From IMG/VR virus record IMGVR_UViG_3300027734_000034: DNA of 64,000 bases. One strand, given 5' to 3'. The notes under the pieces were generated by a model. It ran no database searches, had not been told where the DNA came from, and worked only from the letters and a program-made list of their open reading frames with translations. The position numbers and the translations under genes were made by a program. Below are positions 1 through 10,348 of the stretch, in pieces (the stretch's first letter is position 1; each line of letters opens with the position of its first letter). The stretch comes from a virus (lineage: Duplodnaviria; Heunggongvirae; Uroviricota; Caudoviricetes).

Positions 1-2
1 TG

Positions 3-2114
3 GGCGTTAACGTACTAAGCGGGTTATTGCAAAATACTGGCATAGGAATTAATTCTACCTCTGCTTCTTATATGGGTTCCAGTACTAGTATTAGCACTTA
101 TACCTACGGTACAATAATCTCTAATACTGTACTTAATAACTTAACAAATGCAATAAGACAAGGATGGGTAAGATATAATGCCGGTGATATATCATTGTCA
201 ACCTATACTAATTTATTAGCAATAGGTAGTACAACTATCCCTGCACTAGGCAATAGCCCACCAAGTACATACTCGGGTAGTCAAAGTTACAACTTTGCTT
301 ACACTGGACAAAATGCTAGCTATGGATATTACAGATTATTCGCTTGGCAAGCATATAACGAATACAATTATAATTCTAGTTTACCAAGCTATATAGATTT
401 TTTGGGTTCTTTCCAACAAGCTGGATCATATATAAGCCAATCAAATCAATCTATAATGACTTTACAAAATTCTCTAGAATTTTTGACAGGCACTTATAGT
501 AATATGAATGACTTGACTACAGCAGATATAACTGGTGTAAGTTTATCAACTACTAATTTTGGTCAAGATTTAATTAATTTAGGTAAAGCACTAGACTTAA
601 AAACTATCGCTACATTTGGACTACCTTCTAATCTATTAGCTACTATAAAGAATGTTAATGGGTTAACAACATCATTGCGTATAGCATTACTCGCAAGTGG
701 ATTGTCAGTATCTGATGTAGATAGAGCAACTAGCAATAATAATGTAACAGCAAATCAACAACAAATGATTTATGGTGCATTCTTGATAATAGCAGGTGTT
801 GACTTAGATGAAATATTGATTTCGTTAAATTGCAAGACAACAGGATTGGACACTTTAGCAGATTTATTGAACCCAAGTAAAATGTTTCCTAATAGCTATC
901 TGACACTAACGGTTCCGGTATACAATGTAGGACAAACACAATCTACAAACAGCAAGACTTACTATCCTATATATACTAGTAGTGGAAGTTTGAATTCAGG
1001 TTTAACTGCACCAGCTATAAAAGCACAAATAGGGTCAACATCACCGTCTGGTACTGCACAAGTATCATATACTGGATATAGTAGTATTAACAATGTACAA
1101 GTTATACCACAAGGATTTGGGTCTTATTTACAAGATTTAATACCAGCAGATATAGCAGTTGCAGCGGGCGCATTCAGTATGTCAATGCAGCAGATAAAAA
1201 ACATCACTAATGTTCCTATAGAAAAGTTTGCTCAAGTAGCAGCAAACTTAGAAACTACTCAAGGATTAAATTTAGTCAATGGAACAACTGTTCCAACTGA
1301 CACAATCAATGCACAGATAGCATTGACTTCAATAGCATTGGGTAGTGGAGCAAGTAATACATATACATATAGTGATTTCTTTGGTTCAATGTCTGGATTA
1401 CCTTATCCATGGGAATTGATGCAAACACTAATACTATCTATTCAAACACCAACATTAGCAACTATATACGCAACTTTATATACTGCTACGCAAGGTGCTA
1501 CTCTTGGATTAGATGCAGCAGTACAAGCACAAATTGATTTGGCAAATGCTGAGATATCAACAATAATGAATTTATCTTCAATTCAAGCAACACAACTTAA
1601 TAGTTTATATAGTAAAACTGCAACACAATTAAACATAGAACAACGTGCTAGGTATAACGGAATTAGTACTGTAGTATACAAGACACCAACTGTATATAGT
1701 TTTGTAGATAGTATACCTAATTATGCATTAGATACTCAACCTAATATGGCTGCACAAACATTAGAAGCTATTAGTAATTTAACTAATGTAACTGGACAAA
1801 GTATAGTGGGTATGATGCGTGAGAATAGAAATCAAACTAGATTGAATTTAGTTGGAATTCCATTAGATAACAATATACCAGATAATGTTCCATTAAATGC
1901 ACCAGATGCTGCACCAGCATATCCTGCTGATACAAGTATTATAACAGCACCTGACCCAATAGTAATACCCGGAAGTTTAGCAGAACCTGTGAATATCATT
2001 CCAATTCCGCTAAATACTATAGACAATTCTTCGGTACTGTTACCTTCAGTACCTTCAATAGCGCAAGCTATCAATGATGTAATCACATGTAATTGTGATT
2101 GCTGGGTTCAATAA
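3..2114 (+). CDS. Large Ser/Thr/Asn-rich protein, probably virion structural; 5' end lies outside the window
   Basis: Frame open from the window start; about 700 aa; ends in CNCDCW; no recognisable catalytic motif. Confidence 0.6.
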   Translation, partial: GVNVLSGLLQNTGIGINSTSASYMGSSTSISTYTYGTIISNTVLNNLTNAIRQGWVRYNAGDISLSTYTNLLAIGSTTIPALGNSPPSTYSGSQSYNFAYTGQNASYGYYRLFAWQAYNEYNYNSSLPSYIDFLGSFQQAGSYISQSNQSIMTLQNSLEFLTGTYSNMNDLTTADITGVSLSTTNFGQDLINLGKALDLKTIATFGLPSNLLATIKNVNGLTTSLRIALLASGLSVSDVDRATSNNNVTANQQQMIYGAFLIIAGVDLDEILISLNCKTTGLDTLADLLNPSKMFPNSYLTLTVPVYNVGQTQSTNSKTYYPIYTSSGSLNSGLTAPAIKAQIGSTSPSGTAQVSYTGYSSINNVQVIPQGFGSYLQDLIPADIAVAAGAFSMSMQQIKNITNVPIEKFAQVAANLETTQGLNLVNGTTVPTDTINAQIALTSIALGSGASNTYTYSDFFGSMSGLPYPWELMQTLILSIQTPTLATIYATLYTATQGATLGLDAAVQAQIDLANAEISTIMNLSSIQATQLNSLYSKTATQLNIEQRARYNGISTVVYKTPTVYSFVDSIPNYALDTQPNMAAQTLEAISNLTNVTGQSIVGMMRENRNQTRLNLVGIPLDNNIPDNVPLNAPDAAPAYPADTSIITAPDPIVIPGSLAEPVNIIPIPLNTIDNSSVLLPSVPSIAQAINDVITCNCDCWVQ

Positions 2115-2168
2115 CCAAAACATTTGGTTATTAATCAAAACTGTAGTATACTACAGAAAAGGAAAATT

Positions 2169-2711
2169 ATGTTTTTATCATTAAAAAATAAAATAGTATT
2201 ACTGTCCATGATGTTTTTATCATTCATGGTTATTCCTTTGCCAACACAATCATTGTACAATTTACCAGAGATTAGTATACCTACTCTGAAGAAAATTGAC
2301 ATGAAACAACTTGCGTGTATGGCAAAAAATATATATTATGAAGCGGGCGCTGAGATAATGCCTGGTCAAGCCGCTGTCGCCAGAGTAGTAATGAATCGTG
2401 TTAATCATGGGTTCGCCGAGACTCCATGCAAAGTAATCTATCAAAAGACTACAATCAATGAAAATGTTGTATGTCAGTTTAGCTGGGTTTGCGAGGGCAA
2501 AGGTGATCCTAACCCTGCAAGCGCAAGATACAAGCAAGCAGAAATGATTGCGTACCAAGTAATGACAGGCATGTATAAAGATGTTGTTCCAAAGACAACA
2601 TTGTTCTTTCATTCGATACATGTTGATCCATCGTGGCCATACAAGCAAGTAGCAAAGATAGGTAATCACATTTTCTATAGCAAGCAAAGAGTCAAAAAAA
2701 CTGATGATTGA
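2169..2711 (+). CDS. Cell wall hydrolase, SleB/Hydrolase_2 family, with N-terminal hydrophobic anchor
   Basis: C(M)AKNIYYEA, VARVVMNRV, CQFSW and IGNHIFY motifs; AGGAAA RBS before ATG 2169. Confidence 0.9.
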   Translation: MFLSLKNKIVLLSMMFLSFMVIPLPTQSLYNLPEISIPTLKKIDMKQLACMAKNIYYEAGAEIMPGQAAVARVVMNRVNHGFAETPCKVIYQKTTINENVVCQFSWVCEGKGDPNPASARYKQAEMIAYQVMTGMYKDVVPKTTLFFHSIHVDPSWPYKQVAKIGNHIFYSKQRVKKTDD

Positions 2712-3180
2712 TGATAGTAAGCTAGATTGGAATTGGGAAAAGTATCTATCATCAAAAGAAGATGGCATACTGATTCCTAAACAAGATAACTTAGAATATG
2801 ATTTACTTACTACTGAGTGGATCATAGAAAAAGTTAAAAGTGATAAAGTCTATGCCCAACATCTATATGCGGCAATGTGCAACAATGACTTTATGCGTAA
2901 TGATGTATGGCCTATACTAACTGAGAAAAAATGGAGTTGCAGTTGGAGACATGCAGGTGGAGTCATTTCTGAAATACGCGGTGAAGGTGATTATTTGGAT
3001 TGGTACTGTAGTGGTATAGTTGATGCGGACGAAGATCAGTGGGGTATTTTAAGTGAAGATTCAAAGAAAAGACTACTTGAGACTAAAGCGCATGTAGCTG
3101 AAAGTGTTGTTACCGATGAAATACGCAAAGATTTGTTTAAATTAAATTGGATTGTAGTAGAAGATAAATCGTCCGACTAA
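2704..3180 (+). CDS. Hypothetical phage protein
   Basis: 158 aa ORF overlapping the upstream stop; LYAAMCNN..WSCSWR..YLDWYCSG. Confidence 0.75.
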   Translation: MIDDSKLDWNWEKYLSSKEDGILIPKQDNLEYDLLTTEWIIEKVKSDKVYAQHLYAAMCNNDFMRNDVWPILTEKKWSCSWRHAGGVISEIRGEGDYLDWYCSGIVDADEDQWGILSEDSKKRLLETKAHVAESVVTDEIRKDLFKLNWIVVEDKSSD

Positions 3181-3201
3181 ATACAACACAGGAGATATAT
3201 T

Positions 3202-3324
3202 ATGTTAGAAACTTTGTTATATTTATTGTTAGGTGCATTCGTCGGATGGAACTTCCCTCAACCACAATTTGCTAAAAACATTCAAGCAAAAGTTTTATCA
3301 ATGTTTAATAAAGAGGCTAAATAA
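3202..3324 (+). CDS. Small membrane protein MLETLLYLLLGAFVGWNFPQPQFAKNIQAKVLSMFNKEAK (absent from ORF track)
   Basis: AGGAGA RBS; stop overlaps the iscU start (TAATG). Confidence 0.7.
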   Translation: MLETLLYLLLGAFVGWNFPQPQFAKNIQAKVLSMFNKEAK

Positions 3325-3704
3325 TGGCATATTCTCAACAAGTTGTAGATCACTATGAGAACCCACGTAACGTGGGTAGTTTTAGTAAAGAAGATGAAGA
3401 TGTGGGTACAGGAATGGTCGGTGCCCCAGCTTGCGGTGACGTAATGAAACTGCAAATTAAAGTAGATAAAGAAACGGGGTTAATAACAGATGCCAAATTT
3501 AAGACATATGGGTGTGGGTCGGCAATTGCTTCTTCAAGTCTTGTCACAGAGTGGGTCAAGGGTAAAACACTGGATGAAGCTGGAGCCCTCAAAAACTCAC
3601 TCATCGCCGAACACCTCGCCCTCCCACCAGTCAAAATCCATTGTAGTATCCTCGCCGAGGACGCCATCAAAGCCGCAGTAGCAGATTACCGTAACAGGCA
3701 CTAA
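3324..3704 (+). CDS. iscU: Fe-S cluster scaffold IscU
   Basis: DHYENPRNVG, GAPACGDVM, FKTYGCGSAIASSS, LPPVKIHCS motifs. Confidence 0.97.
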   Translation: MAYSQQVVDHYENPRNVGSFSKEDEDVGTGMVGAPACGDVMKLQIKVDKETGLITDAKFKTYGCGSAIASSSLVTEWVKGKTLDEAGALKNSLIAEHLALPPVKIHCSILAEDAIKAAVADYRNRH

Positions 3705-3705
3705 C

Positions 3706-4002
3706 ATGAGTACAGAAGAAGATAAAATTAAGCACAGTAAACGCTTGCTTAAGGACGACAATGCCATCACCAAACAATTGCAAATCGCTAAGGAGATGGG
3801 TCATGCAGGTCATGACAAATTCATCAAAGAACCACATCGTCTAGCAAAACATCATGCATTGGATTGTGGTAATCCAAAATGTCTGTTATGTCATAGTGAG
3901 AAAGTATTTGGTCACAAGACTATTCAAGAACAACGCTTTGACCAAGATGTAGAACATCCTAGAGGAAAACATAGTAATGGTTTGACAATAAAAGAAGATT
4001 GA
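3706..4002 (+). CDS. Hypothetical protein with CGNPKCLLC Cys cluster
   Basis: 98 aa ORF abutting iscU. Confidence 0.7.
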   Translation: MSTEEDKIKHSKRLLKDDNAITKQLQIAKEMGHAGHDKFIKEPHRLAKHHALDCGNPKCLLCHSEKVFGHKTIQEQRFDQDVEHPRGKHSNGLTIKED

Positions 4003-4047
4003 CTGTTTGTGACCAGATAAATACTGTTAGACACACTAGGAGGATTT

Positions 4048-4509
4048 ATGTCACAAACAATGCAAAACTTAGCCGACGCTTTTGCTGGCGAATCACAAGC
4101 ACACACTAAGTATCGTTACTTTGCTAAAATTGCCCGAGAAGAAGGTAATGAAGAAATAGCAAAACATTTTGAACACACCGCAGATCAAGAGATTCTACAT
4201 GCATGGGGACATCTAGAGTTAATGATCAAGAAGCCAACTACTGAAGAATGCTTACAAATGGCAATTGACGGGGAGACTTATGAATTTGAACATATGTATC
4301 CTGAATTCAAAGAAACGGCTGAATTTGAAGGTAATATGGTTTTTGCTAATGAAGCGAATATGCAAATTCAAGAATCAAAAGAACATGCGGAGCAATTCAA
4401 AGCATTGCTAACCAAAGCTGAAAAACGCTTTGGTGCATTAGCTAAGATTGAAAAGCGTCATGCTGAGGCATATCAAAAACATCTAACAACATATAAGGAG
4501 GCAGTATAA
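4048..4509 (+). CDS. Rubrerythrin (ferritin-like di-iron domain)
   Basis: AFAGESQA, EILHA, GETYE..MYP, ESKEHA di-iron ligands; AGGAGG RBS. Confidence 0.92.
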   Translation: MSQTMQNLADAFAGESQAHTKYRYFAKIAREEGNEEIAKHFEHTADQEILHAWGHLELMIKKPTTEECLQMAIDGETYEFEHMYPEFKETAEFEGNMVFANEANMQIQESKEHAEQFKALLTKAEKRFGALAKIEKRHAEAYQKHLTTYKEAV

Positions 4510-4637
4510 TGGAACATATATGCGTAGTATGCGGCCATGTCCACGATGAAACAATTGAAGGTAAATGGGAACAACTTCCTGACGACCATGTTTGCCCTGA
4601 GTGCGGATGCGGCAAAGAAGATTATGAATTGCTATAA
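4509..4637 (+). CDS. Rubredoxin MEHICVVCGHVHDETIEGKWEQLPDDHVCPECGCGKEDYELL (absent from ORF track)
   Basis: Two CxxCG motifs and WxxLPDDxxCP; AAGGAG RBS; TAATG coupling. Confidence 0.9.
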   Translation: MEHICVVCGHVHDETIEGKWEQLPDDHVCPECGCGKEDYELL

Positions 4638-4853
4638 GTGATAGAAACCCATAAAAGAACTATACTTAGAATGATCACCTATCGCTTAACTGCATGGGTG
4701 TTTACCATAGTATGGACATATTTGTTTACTGGGAATTTAAGTAGTGCAGCTGGATTTGCTACTGCTTTACACATTTTATTAAGCATCGACTATTACATAC
4801 ATGAACGTATATGGTTAAAAATAAAATGGGGAATAAGTGATGACAAAACTTAA
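4638..4853 (+). CDS. DUF2061-like small membrane protein
   Basis: ETHKRT...YR...YYIHERIWLKIKWG pattern. Confidence 0.75.
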   Translation: MIETHKRTILRMITYRLTAWVFTIVWTYLFTGNLSSAAGFATALHILLSIDYYIHERIWLKIKWGISDDKT

Positions 4854-5505
4854 AATTCTTATAACAGGTAACCCTGACAAAGATATATCAAAAGAAATTG
4901 TCAATATTTATCCAGAAGCACATACTGTTTCAAGATCAGATAATTCAACATATCAAATGGATTTAACTATTGATACTAATGTTTTTGAATTAGCTAAAAT
5001 AAGCAAAGACTATGATATAGTAATCAATTCTGCTTTGATACCAAATTTTGGGCAAACACGCATATTGCAAGCAGTATGGACCGAATGGAAAGTAGAAAAA
5101 CATCAAGGGCATATAATTAGTTTTGGTTCAGCAGTTGATTATTTTTATAGACCAGACAATAGATTATATCCTATTGAAAAACGTGCGCTTAGAGATTTAA
5201 ATAGGTCTTTGTCCAAACATGTTACTTGGTACAATTCAAAAATAAAATGTACATATTTTAGCTTTGGTGGAGTATCAACAGAAAAAACACTCAATCAATG
5301 GGGACATTTTTCACACTTTGATACGGTCGAGATTGCAAATTATACTAAATGGATAATTGAATCTCCTTCAACTGCTAATATAGATGAATTGCATATAACA
5401 CCTATTCAAACTGCAACGAAAGAAGAATTAAAAAAACTAAATAAGAACAATCCTATCAAATGGGATTCCGGTGACACCCGTTCTTTTCTTATATCAGCCG
5501 AATAA
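4837..5505 (+). CDS. Short-chain dehydrogenase/reductase-like (Rossmann) protein
   Basis: ILITG, DIVINSA, IISFGS, YxxxK. Confidence 0.7.
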   Translation: MMTKLKILITGNPDKDISKEIVNIYPEAHTVSRSDNSTYQMDLTIDTNVFELAKISKDYDIVINSALIPNFGQTRILQAVWTEWKVEKHQGHIISFGSAVDYFYRPDNRLYPIEKRALRDLNRSLSKHVTWYNSKIKCTYFSFGGVSTEKTLNQWGHFSHFDTVEIANYTKWIIESPSTANIDELHITPIQTATKEELKKLNKNNPIKWDSGDTRSFLISAE

Positions 5506-5506
5506 T

Positions 5507-6232
5507 ATGAAAAATCTTTGGAAGAAAAAAATTATAGATTTAGCAGCAATGCAACTTGATTTTCCTGTGACGGATGAAGATATCTTGATTATGGCTAAGG
5601 AAATAGATAATATCCCTGACAAATACTGGTATTGGTGTACATTCAGGGAGTCTTATCTACTATGTCTATATGGCAACGAAGATGTAAATAATAAAAAAGA
5701 TATGTATTGGTTGTCATTTGCTAACAATTGCACAAAGATAAAAGAGTTATGTAATAATTTTATTTTTCCAATGACAGATATTAGACCTAGAATAATTATT
5801 ATTAGAACAATGCCTGGGATGAAGATGAGGTTGCACACAGATTGTTATGCAGATCAAATGGAAAAATTAGAACCAAAACTTAGACTAGTACTTAAAGGTA
5901 GAAACAACACCTTGTATTATGTCAACGATAAAAAAGAACAGATACACATTCCTAATTCTTGGAGAGGATACTTAATGTCCGGTGCTGCACTACATGGCAT
6001 GGACAATGAAACTGAAGAAAAATATACATTATGTTGGGGTGATCCATGGACCGGTGATGAATTAAATAATGATAAATTTTTTGAGTATATAACATCACAA
6101 TATACCAAATATAGCAGTGATGCTATTCGTGTATCATCTTTAGGTAAAGTTGATCATGCTATCGGAATAAAAGACCCTAACAAAGAAAAAATATATAGCT
6201 GGGATGATTGGCATGAACGTAAAAATAGTTGA
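5507..6232 (+). CDS. Putative 2OG-Fe(II) oxygenase/cupin-fold protein
   Basis: PGMKMRLHTD ... LHGMDN (HxD...H). Confidence 0.55.
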   Translation: MKNLWKKKIIDLAAMQLDFPVTDEDILIMAKEIDNIPDKYWYWCTFRESYLLCLYGNEDVNNKKDMYWLSFANNCTKIKELCNNFIFPMTDIRPRIIIIRTMPGMKMRLHTDCYADQMEKLEPKLRLVLKGRNNTLYYVNDKKEQIHIPNSWRGYLMSGAALHGMDNETEEKYTLCWGDPWTGDELNNDKFFEYITSQYTKYSSDAIRVSSLGKVDHAIGIKDPNKEKIYSWDDWHERKNS

Positions 6233-6836
6233 TGCAAATAGTATAGATGTTTATAACTTTAGAAAAGAAATTATCTGCGTAGATGAAAAATCAATTGAAG
6301 ATTATCTAACAGACGATATCAAATACAATAAAAATATACCTGAAGAAGTTTGGAAATTTAGCAAACTTAAATGGGAATCTCTTGGGTTTGATGCATTATA
6401 TGCAGTATATGTAAATGACGAGATTGCTGCCATTAGTGGCGCAAAGTTATACGGAAGATTTCTTAGGGTCGGAATGATGTATTATGTTCTTAAAAGGTTT
6501 AGAAAATCCGTTAGGAGTACATTATGGGCTAATGATGGAATGTTAACAACGGCTGTTAATGATTTTGCTAAACAAATAGATTACAGTTTTGTTTCTATAT
6601 ATGCACATAATACACGATTAGAAGCATGGTGCCGCGCTTTAATTCGCGGGAAACGGTACGGTCAGATAGGAAACGGGACAGAGCATATTGATTTACTTAA
6701 AAGTTATACGATGGATAACGATCTAATCATGTTTAATAATGTTCCTCAGTATATTTTGTATAGAAAAGAAACAACAAATGACATTGATCCTGATATATTC
6801 TTAGAAAAGTTATCAACGCTAATAAATACAACATGA
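6213..6836 (+). CDS. Hypothetical protein, possibly GNAT-like
   Basis: YAVYVNDEIAAISG...YYVLKRFRK resembles GNAT motif A. Confidence 0.5.
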   Translation: MNVKIVDANSIDVYNFRKEIICVDEKSIEDYLTDDIKYNKNIPEEVWKFSKLKWESLGFDALYAVYVNDEIAAISGAKLYGRFLRVGMMYYVLKRFRKSVRSTLWANDGMLTTAVNDFAKQIDYSFVSIYAHNTRLEAWCRALIRGKRYGQIGNGTEHIDLLKSYTMDNDLIMFNNVPQYILYRKETTNDIDPDIFLEKLSTLINTT

Positions 6837-7633
6837 AACAACTATTCACCCCTACTCACACTAAAGTTAAAAATTTACAATGGGCATTGCACCTATTCAT
6901 CATTCCTGCTATCTATTTTGGAGACATGTATTATTGGTTAACTACCTTAATAGTATTTTGGTTGATGCATGGATTAGGTTCAGGTATAGGCGCACATAGA
7001 TTCTATACACACAAGACTTTTACTACTAGTAAAGTGTGGGAAATAATAATGTCATTTTGTTTTACTGTCAGTTGCACAGGTTCGACTGTTGGATATACTT
7101 TGATGCATCTCAAACATCATGGATTTAGCGATCAAGATAAAGATCCGCATAATCCAGAACCTAACTTTTGGAAAACATGGTGGGGAATTTATGATGAGAC
7201 TAAGTTAGTATTTGGTCCCAAAGTGTATGCTAGATTGATGTCTAATCCAATAATGAATTTTTTCCATAGGAACTATTTCCTTATAATCATATCATATGTA
7301 TTATTATTAGCATTGATAAATCCCATGCTGATTATTTTTGCTTTTGCTATTCCCGCTGTAATGCAATTTCAAACTAATGCGATTTTGATAGCACTAGTAC
7401 ATTCCCCAAAGAGCAAATTTGTCGGAGGATATCGTAACTTTGAAACTACTGACCGTTCAGTTAATATATGGTGGTTAAAGCCGTTATTGCTTGGAGAAGA
7501 ATTGCACAACAATCATCACGGGATGCCAAGTAGTATAACAATGAATTCAGGTAGAGGATGGAAAGACTTTGATCCATTGTACTATGTAATCAAGTATGTT
7601 ATTTGCGGAAAGGAAACTGTTCGTGAAGTATAA
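6833..7633 (+). CDS. Membrane fatty-acid (acyl-CoA type) desaturase
   Basis: His boxes GAHRFYTH, HLKHH and GEELHNNHH; TM segments. Confidence 0.93.
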   Translation: MKQLFTPTHTKVKNLQWALHLFIIPAIYFGDMYYWLTTLIVFWLMHGLGSGIGAHRFYTHKTFTTSKVWEIIMSFCFTVSCTGSTVGYTLMHLKHHGFSDQDKDPHNPEPNFWKTWWGIYDETKLVFGPKVYARLMSNPIMNFFHRNYFLIIISYVLLLALINPMLIIFAFAIPAVMQFQTNAILIALVHSPKSKFVGGYRNFETTDRSVNIWWLKPLLLGEELHNNHHGMPSSITMNSGRGWKDFDPLYYVIKYVICGKETVREV

Positions 7634-8459
7634 AATACTAGATGCTAATGCAGTAGAGGTCTATGATGTTGACTATAAGAATTTATCTACGGATGAAGTT
7701 AATCAGATAGCAGAGTTGTATTTCAAACATCTTGTTGTGATAGCCAGGGATCAACACTTATCTCCAGAAGATATGATCAAGGTAGCAAATCAGTTTGGCG
7801 TTCCTGAATATTTTGATCCAGAAACACAACGACAAAGAGCCGCTGAGAATGTCAATGGAGTACAAAGAGTTTGCAAAGGATTCAATGACGATGGTACTCC
7901 TAAAGGATTGTTTGGGCATGATGAAGAATTGAATTGGCATGCTAATCGACCATCAGCAGAGAACGAACGCAAACCTATCATATTCCTAGTAGCAGCACAT
8001 GATACTAAAGGATCAAAGATAAGCTGGGCCAATATGGCATTAGCCTACGATGATCTAGACCAATCGACTAAAGATTTCTTAGAAGATAAGAAAGGTATAT
8101 ATGGATTTGAGCCGGACACATATACTAAGTCATTCAACATATGGAAACCACATCGCAATAAAGATGGACAGAATTTTATCAGAACGAATCCAGTAGGGAT
8201 AAAAGGAATGTTTTTTCCTTATTATCAATTTTTTGGATTTAAAGATGTTGATGAGAAAACTAATCAATATTATAAAGAACTTCTATTCAATCATTCTTAT
8301 CAAGACAAATATTGCTATCACCATGAGTATGAAGATGGCGATGTTATATTTGGAGATCAGTGGTTAACTGTTCACAAACGATGGGCTTGTGAATTAGGTA
8401 ATAGAATGATCTATAGAGTTTCTATGGATTGGTCTAAATGTCTAACTATCTCATTGTAG
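7623..8459 (+). CDS. TauD/TfdA family dioxygenase
   Basis: WHAN, AYDDL, H.Y..GDVIFGDQ..TVHKR; start uncertain (GTG 7623 or 7596). Confidence 0.85.
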   Translation: MKYKILDANAVEVYDVDYKNLSTDEVNQIAELYFKHLVVIARDQHLSPEDMIKVANQFGVPEYFDPETQRQRAAENVNGVQRVCKGFNDDGTPKGLFGHDEELNWHANRPSAENERKPIIFLVAAHDTKGSKISWANMALAYDDLDQSTKDFLEDKKGIYGFEPDTYTKSFNIWKPHRNKDGQNFIRTNPVGIKGMFFPYYQFFGFKDVDEKTNQYYKELLFNHSYQDKYCYHHEYEDGDVIFGDQWLTVHKRWACELGNRMIYRVSMDWSKCLTISL

Positions 8460-9166
8460 TAGGTATTTAAAATAGTATTACAGTACTCAATTTTTTCTAT
8501 TCTGAATGAGTCACCTATCATACTTTGTAGAAAATCGATAATATCTACAAATCTTCTATCAACTAGCATAGTACATAAATCTATTGAATTTTGTGTAGGT
8601 TTGGTATTAAATTTATTTAACACCAATTTATTACTGTTTTCTTCTGTCCCGGGGTAACATGCGACATTTCTATCAAATTGATATTTCAACCCTCTTTCAG
8701 TCGTTGGAATAATAGATAGTTGTTTTATATTATATCCTAAACTAATCATTTCATCGTACGGTATAATATTGCTCCAGGTATGCATACCATATATCAATCT
8801 CATATCTTTTATATCAACATCATTATTACTATAAAACTTAATATCATTTGTTTGATGTTTCCATTTTTGCTGTTGAGCAATCAAATGAGTTGCTAAATTT
8901 TCAAAAAAATAAACATAATCAATAGTAGATGAAGGGTCACACTTGTCTAAAAACCAATTCACTATTCTTTTTGGAATTAATATATCGTAATCAATTTCTC
9001 TTGAAGCTGCATTCTGATTTATTGTTGTAGCGGATAATATTCTTGAATTCTCATAGTGTAATTTACTATCTAGTTCAGCCCATAATCTTAATAACAGCTG
9101 GCCAGATGAACCAGGCATATAATCTATTAAAATTAATTCATTGTTTTCTAGTATTGAAAATTTCAT
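8411..9166 (-). CDS. Hypothetical protein (Y.PGSSG N-terminal loop, sulfotransferase/P-loop-like)
   Basis: 251 aa ORF at the end of the minus-strand run. Confidence 0.6.
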   Translation of the reverse strand: MKFSILENNELILIDYMPGSSGQLLLRLWAELDSKLHYENSRILSATTINQNAASREIDYDILIPKRIVNWFLDKCDPSSTIDYVYFFENLATHLIAQQQKWKHQTNDIKFYSNNDVDIKDMRLIYGMHTWSNIIPYDEMISLGYNIKQLSIIPTTERGLKYQFDRNVACYPGTEENSNKLVLNKFNTKPTQNSIDLCTMLVDRRFVDIIDFLQSMIGDSFRIEKIEYCNTILNTYYNEIVRHLDQSIETL

Positions 9167-9167
9167 G

Positions 9168-9737
9168 TCACACTAAATCAAGTAGAATATTATTTAGATT
9201 AGGATCTATTTTTGACACCCAAGTGTTTATTGAATAAATTTCTAGTTCTCTTTTATCTTCACCTCTTTCAATAGAATATTTAAAATCAAACACTTTTATT
9301 TTACCATTCTTATGTGTCATATTGGCCATTGCATTATTAATTTTGTAAATATTATTTTCTTTGAAGAACTTAAAAATTTCAACTATTTGTTCTGATGCGT
9401 CAGGTATAATGTGATTTAATCTAGTACTTTCATGCTCGTACCAAGTCAACAAATCTGGATTTGTCCACTCTTGTATTAAATAAAAACCCGGCTCGTCTTT
9501 TAATTCACCATGCTCGTATAATTCAATTACCATATCAGATTTTAATTTAGTTGACCAATGTATTTCAGTATTAAAAAGTGAGGTTATTCTTTCCATAGAT
9601 GTCTCAAACGGTTTTTTGCCGGTTATAGTAATACTATCTGGTTTATAAAATTTTTTACAAAGACCTGCATCCTTGTCTACCCAAACTTCAGCGGCCGACC
9701 CGCGGGACCCATTATCTTTTTGAAATAATTTAAACAT
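9168..9737 (-). CDS. Protein-kinase-like fold protein
   Basis: GSAAEVW, KKFYK, ..ANM...IKVFDF. Confidence 0.6.
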   Translation of the reverse strand: MFKLFQKDNGSRGSAAEVWVDKDAGLCKKFYKPDSITITGKKPFETSMERITSLFNTEIHWSTKLKSDMVIELYEHGELKDEPGFYLIQEWTNPDLLTWYEHESTRLNHIIPDASEQIVEIFKFFKENNIYKINNAMANMTHKNGKIKVFDFKYSIERGEDKRELEIYSINTWVSKIDPNLNNILLDLV

Positions 9738-9746
9738 TTAATCTAA

Positions 9747-10328
9747 TCAACGATTACTTAATATTACTGCTACTAAATGAACTCTTGAACCTTTACTCCC
9801 ATTAAATGCGGTATGTCTTTTTGTAGTATCTGCTATATGCCATTTGTTTAATGGTAAAGTCATAACTTCATCTTCTATTACTAAAAAACATCCTTCTTGT
9901 GATACAATTGGATAATGTAACCTAGGAGTATCATCAACATGCCAACTCAAACATGTTTTTGGTTTCAAATTCATCAATCTGATCCTACCTAATATATATC
10001 TTTCATTTAACATATTAAAAACTGTTTCAAAAGTTGTTCCTTTAAATTGACTGCACATGACCGTAAAGTCAGATTCATTTAACTGTTCTGTTTTTATAAA
10101 AAGATTACTAATATTATCAATACCGTTAACTGAATCTATTTTAGAATTATTCCAATCAAACATTAAACTTCCTGCACCTTTGTGAAAATCATGTTCAAAA
10201 TTTGGTATAGAATTTAAACAAATTTGATTTTGTTCTCCCCAGCTTAACACCTTTGAACTTATTAATTGATCAAGTTCTATGGATAGTGTTTCGAATGTTG
10301 GTAAATTTACTTCAGTAAAATATTTCAT
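9747..10328 (-). CDS. Aspartyl/asparaginyl beta-hydroxylase-like 2OG-Fe(II) oxygenase
   Basis: RIRLMNLKP..CLSWHVD..RLHYPI...HTAFNG...RVHLV. Confidence 0.8.
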   Translation of the reverse strand: MKYFTEVNLPTFETLSIELDQLISSKVLSWGEQNQICLNSIPNFEHDFHKGAGSLMFDWNNSKIDSVNGIDNISNLFIKTEQLNESDFTVMCSQFKGTTFETVFNMLNERYILGRIRLMNLKPKTCLSWHVDDTPRLHYPIVSQEGCFLVIEDEVMTLPLNKWHIADTTKRHTAFNGSKGSRVHLVAVILSNR

Positions 10329-10348
10329 TTGATATTATATTAATAATG

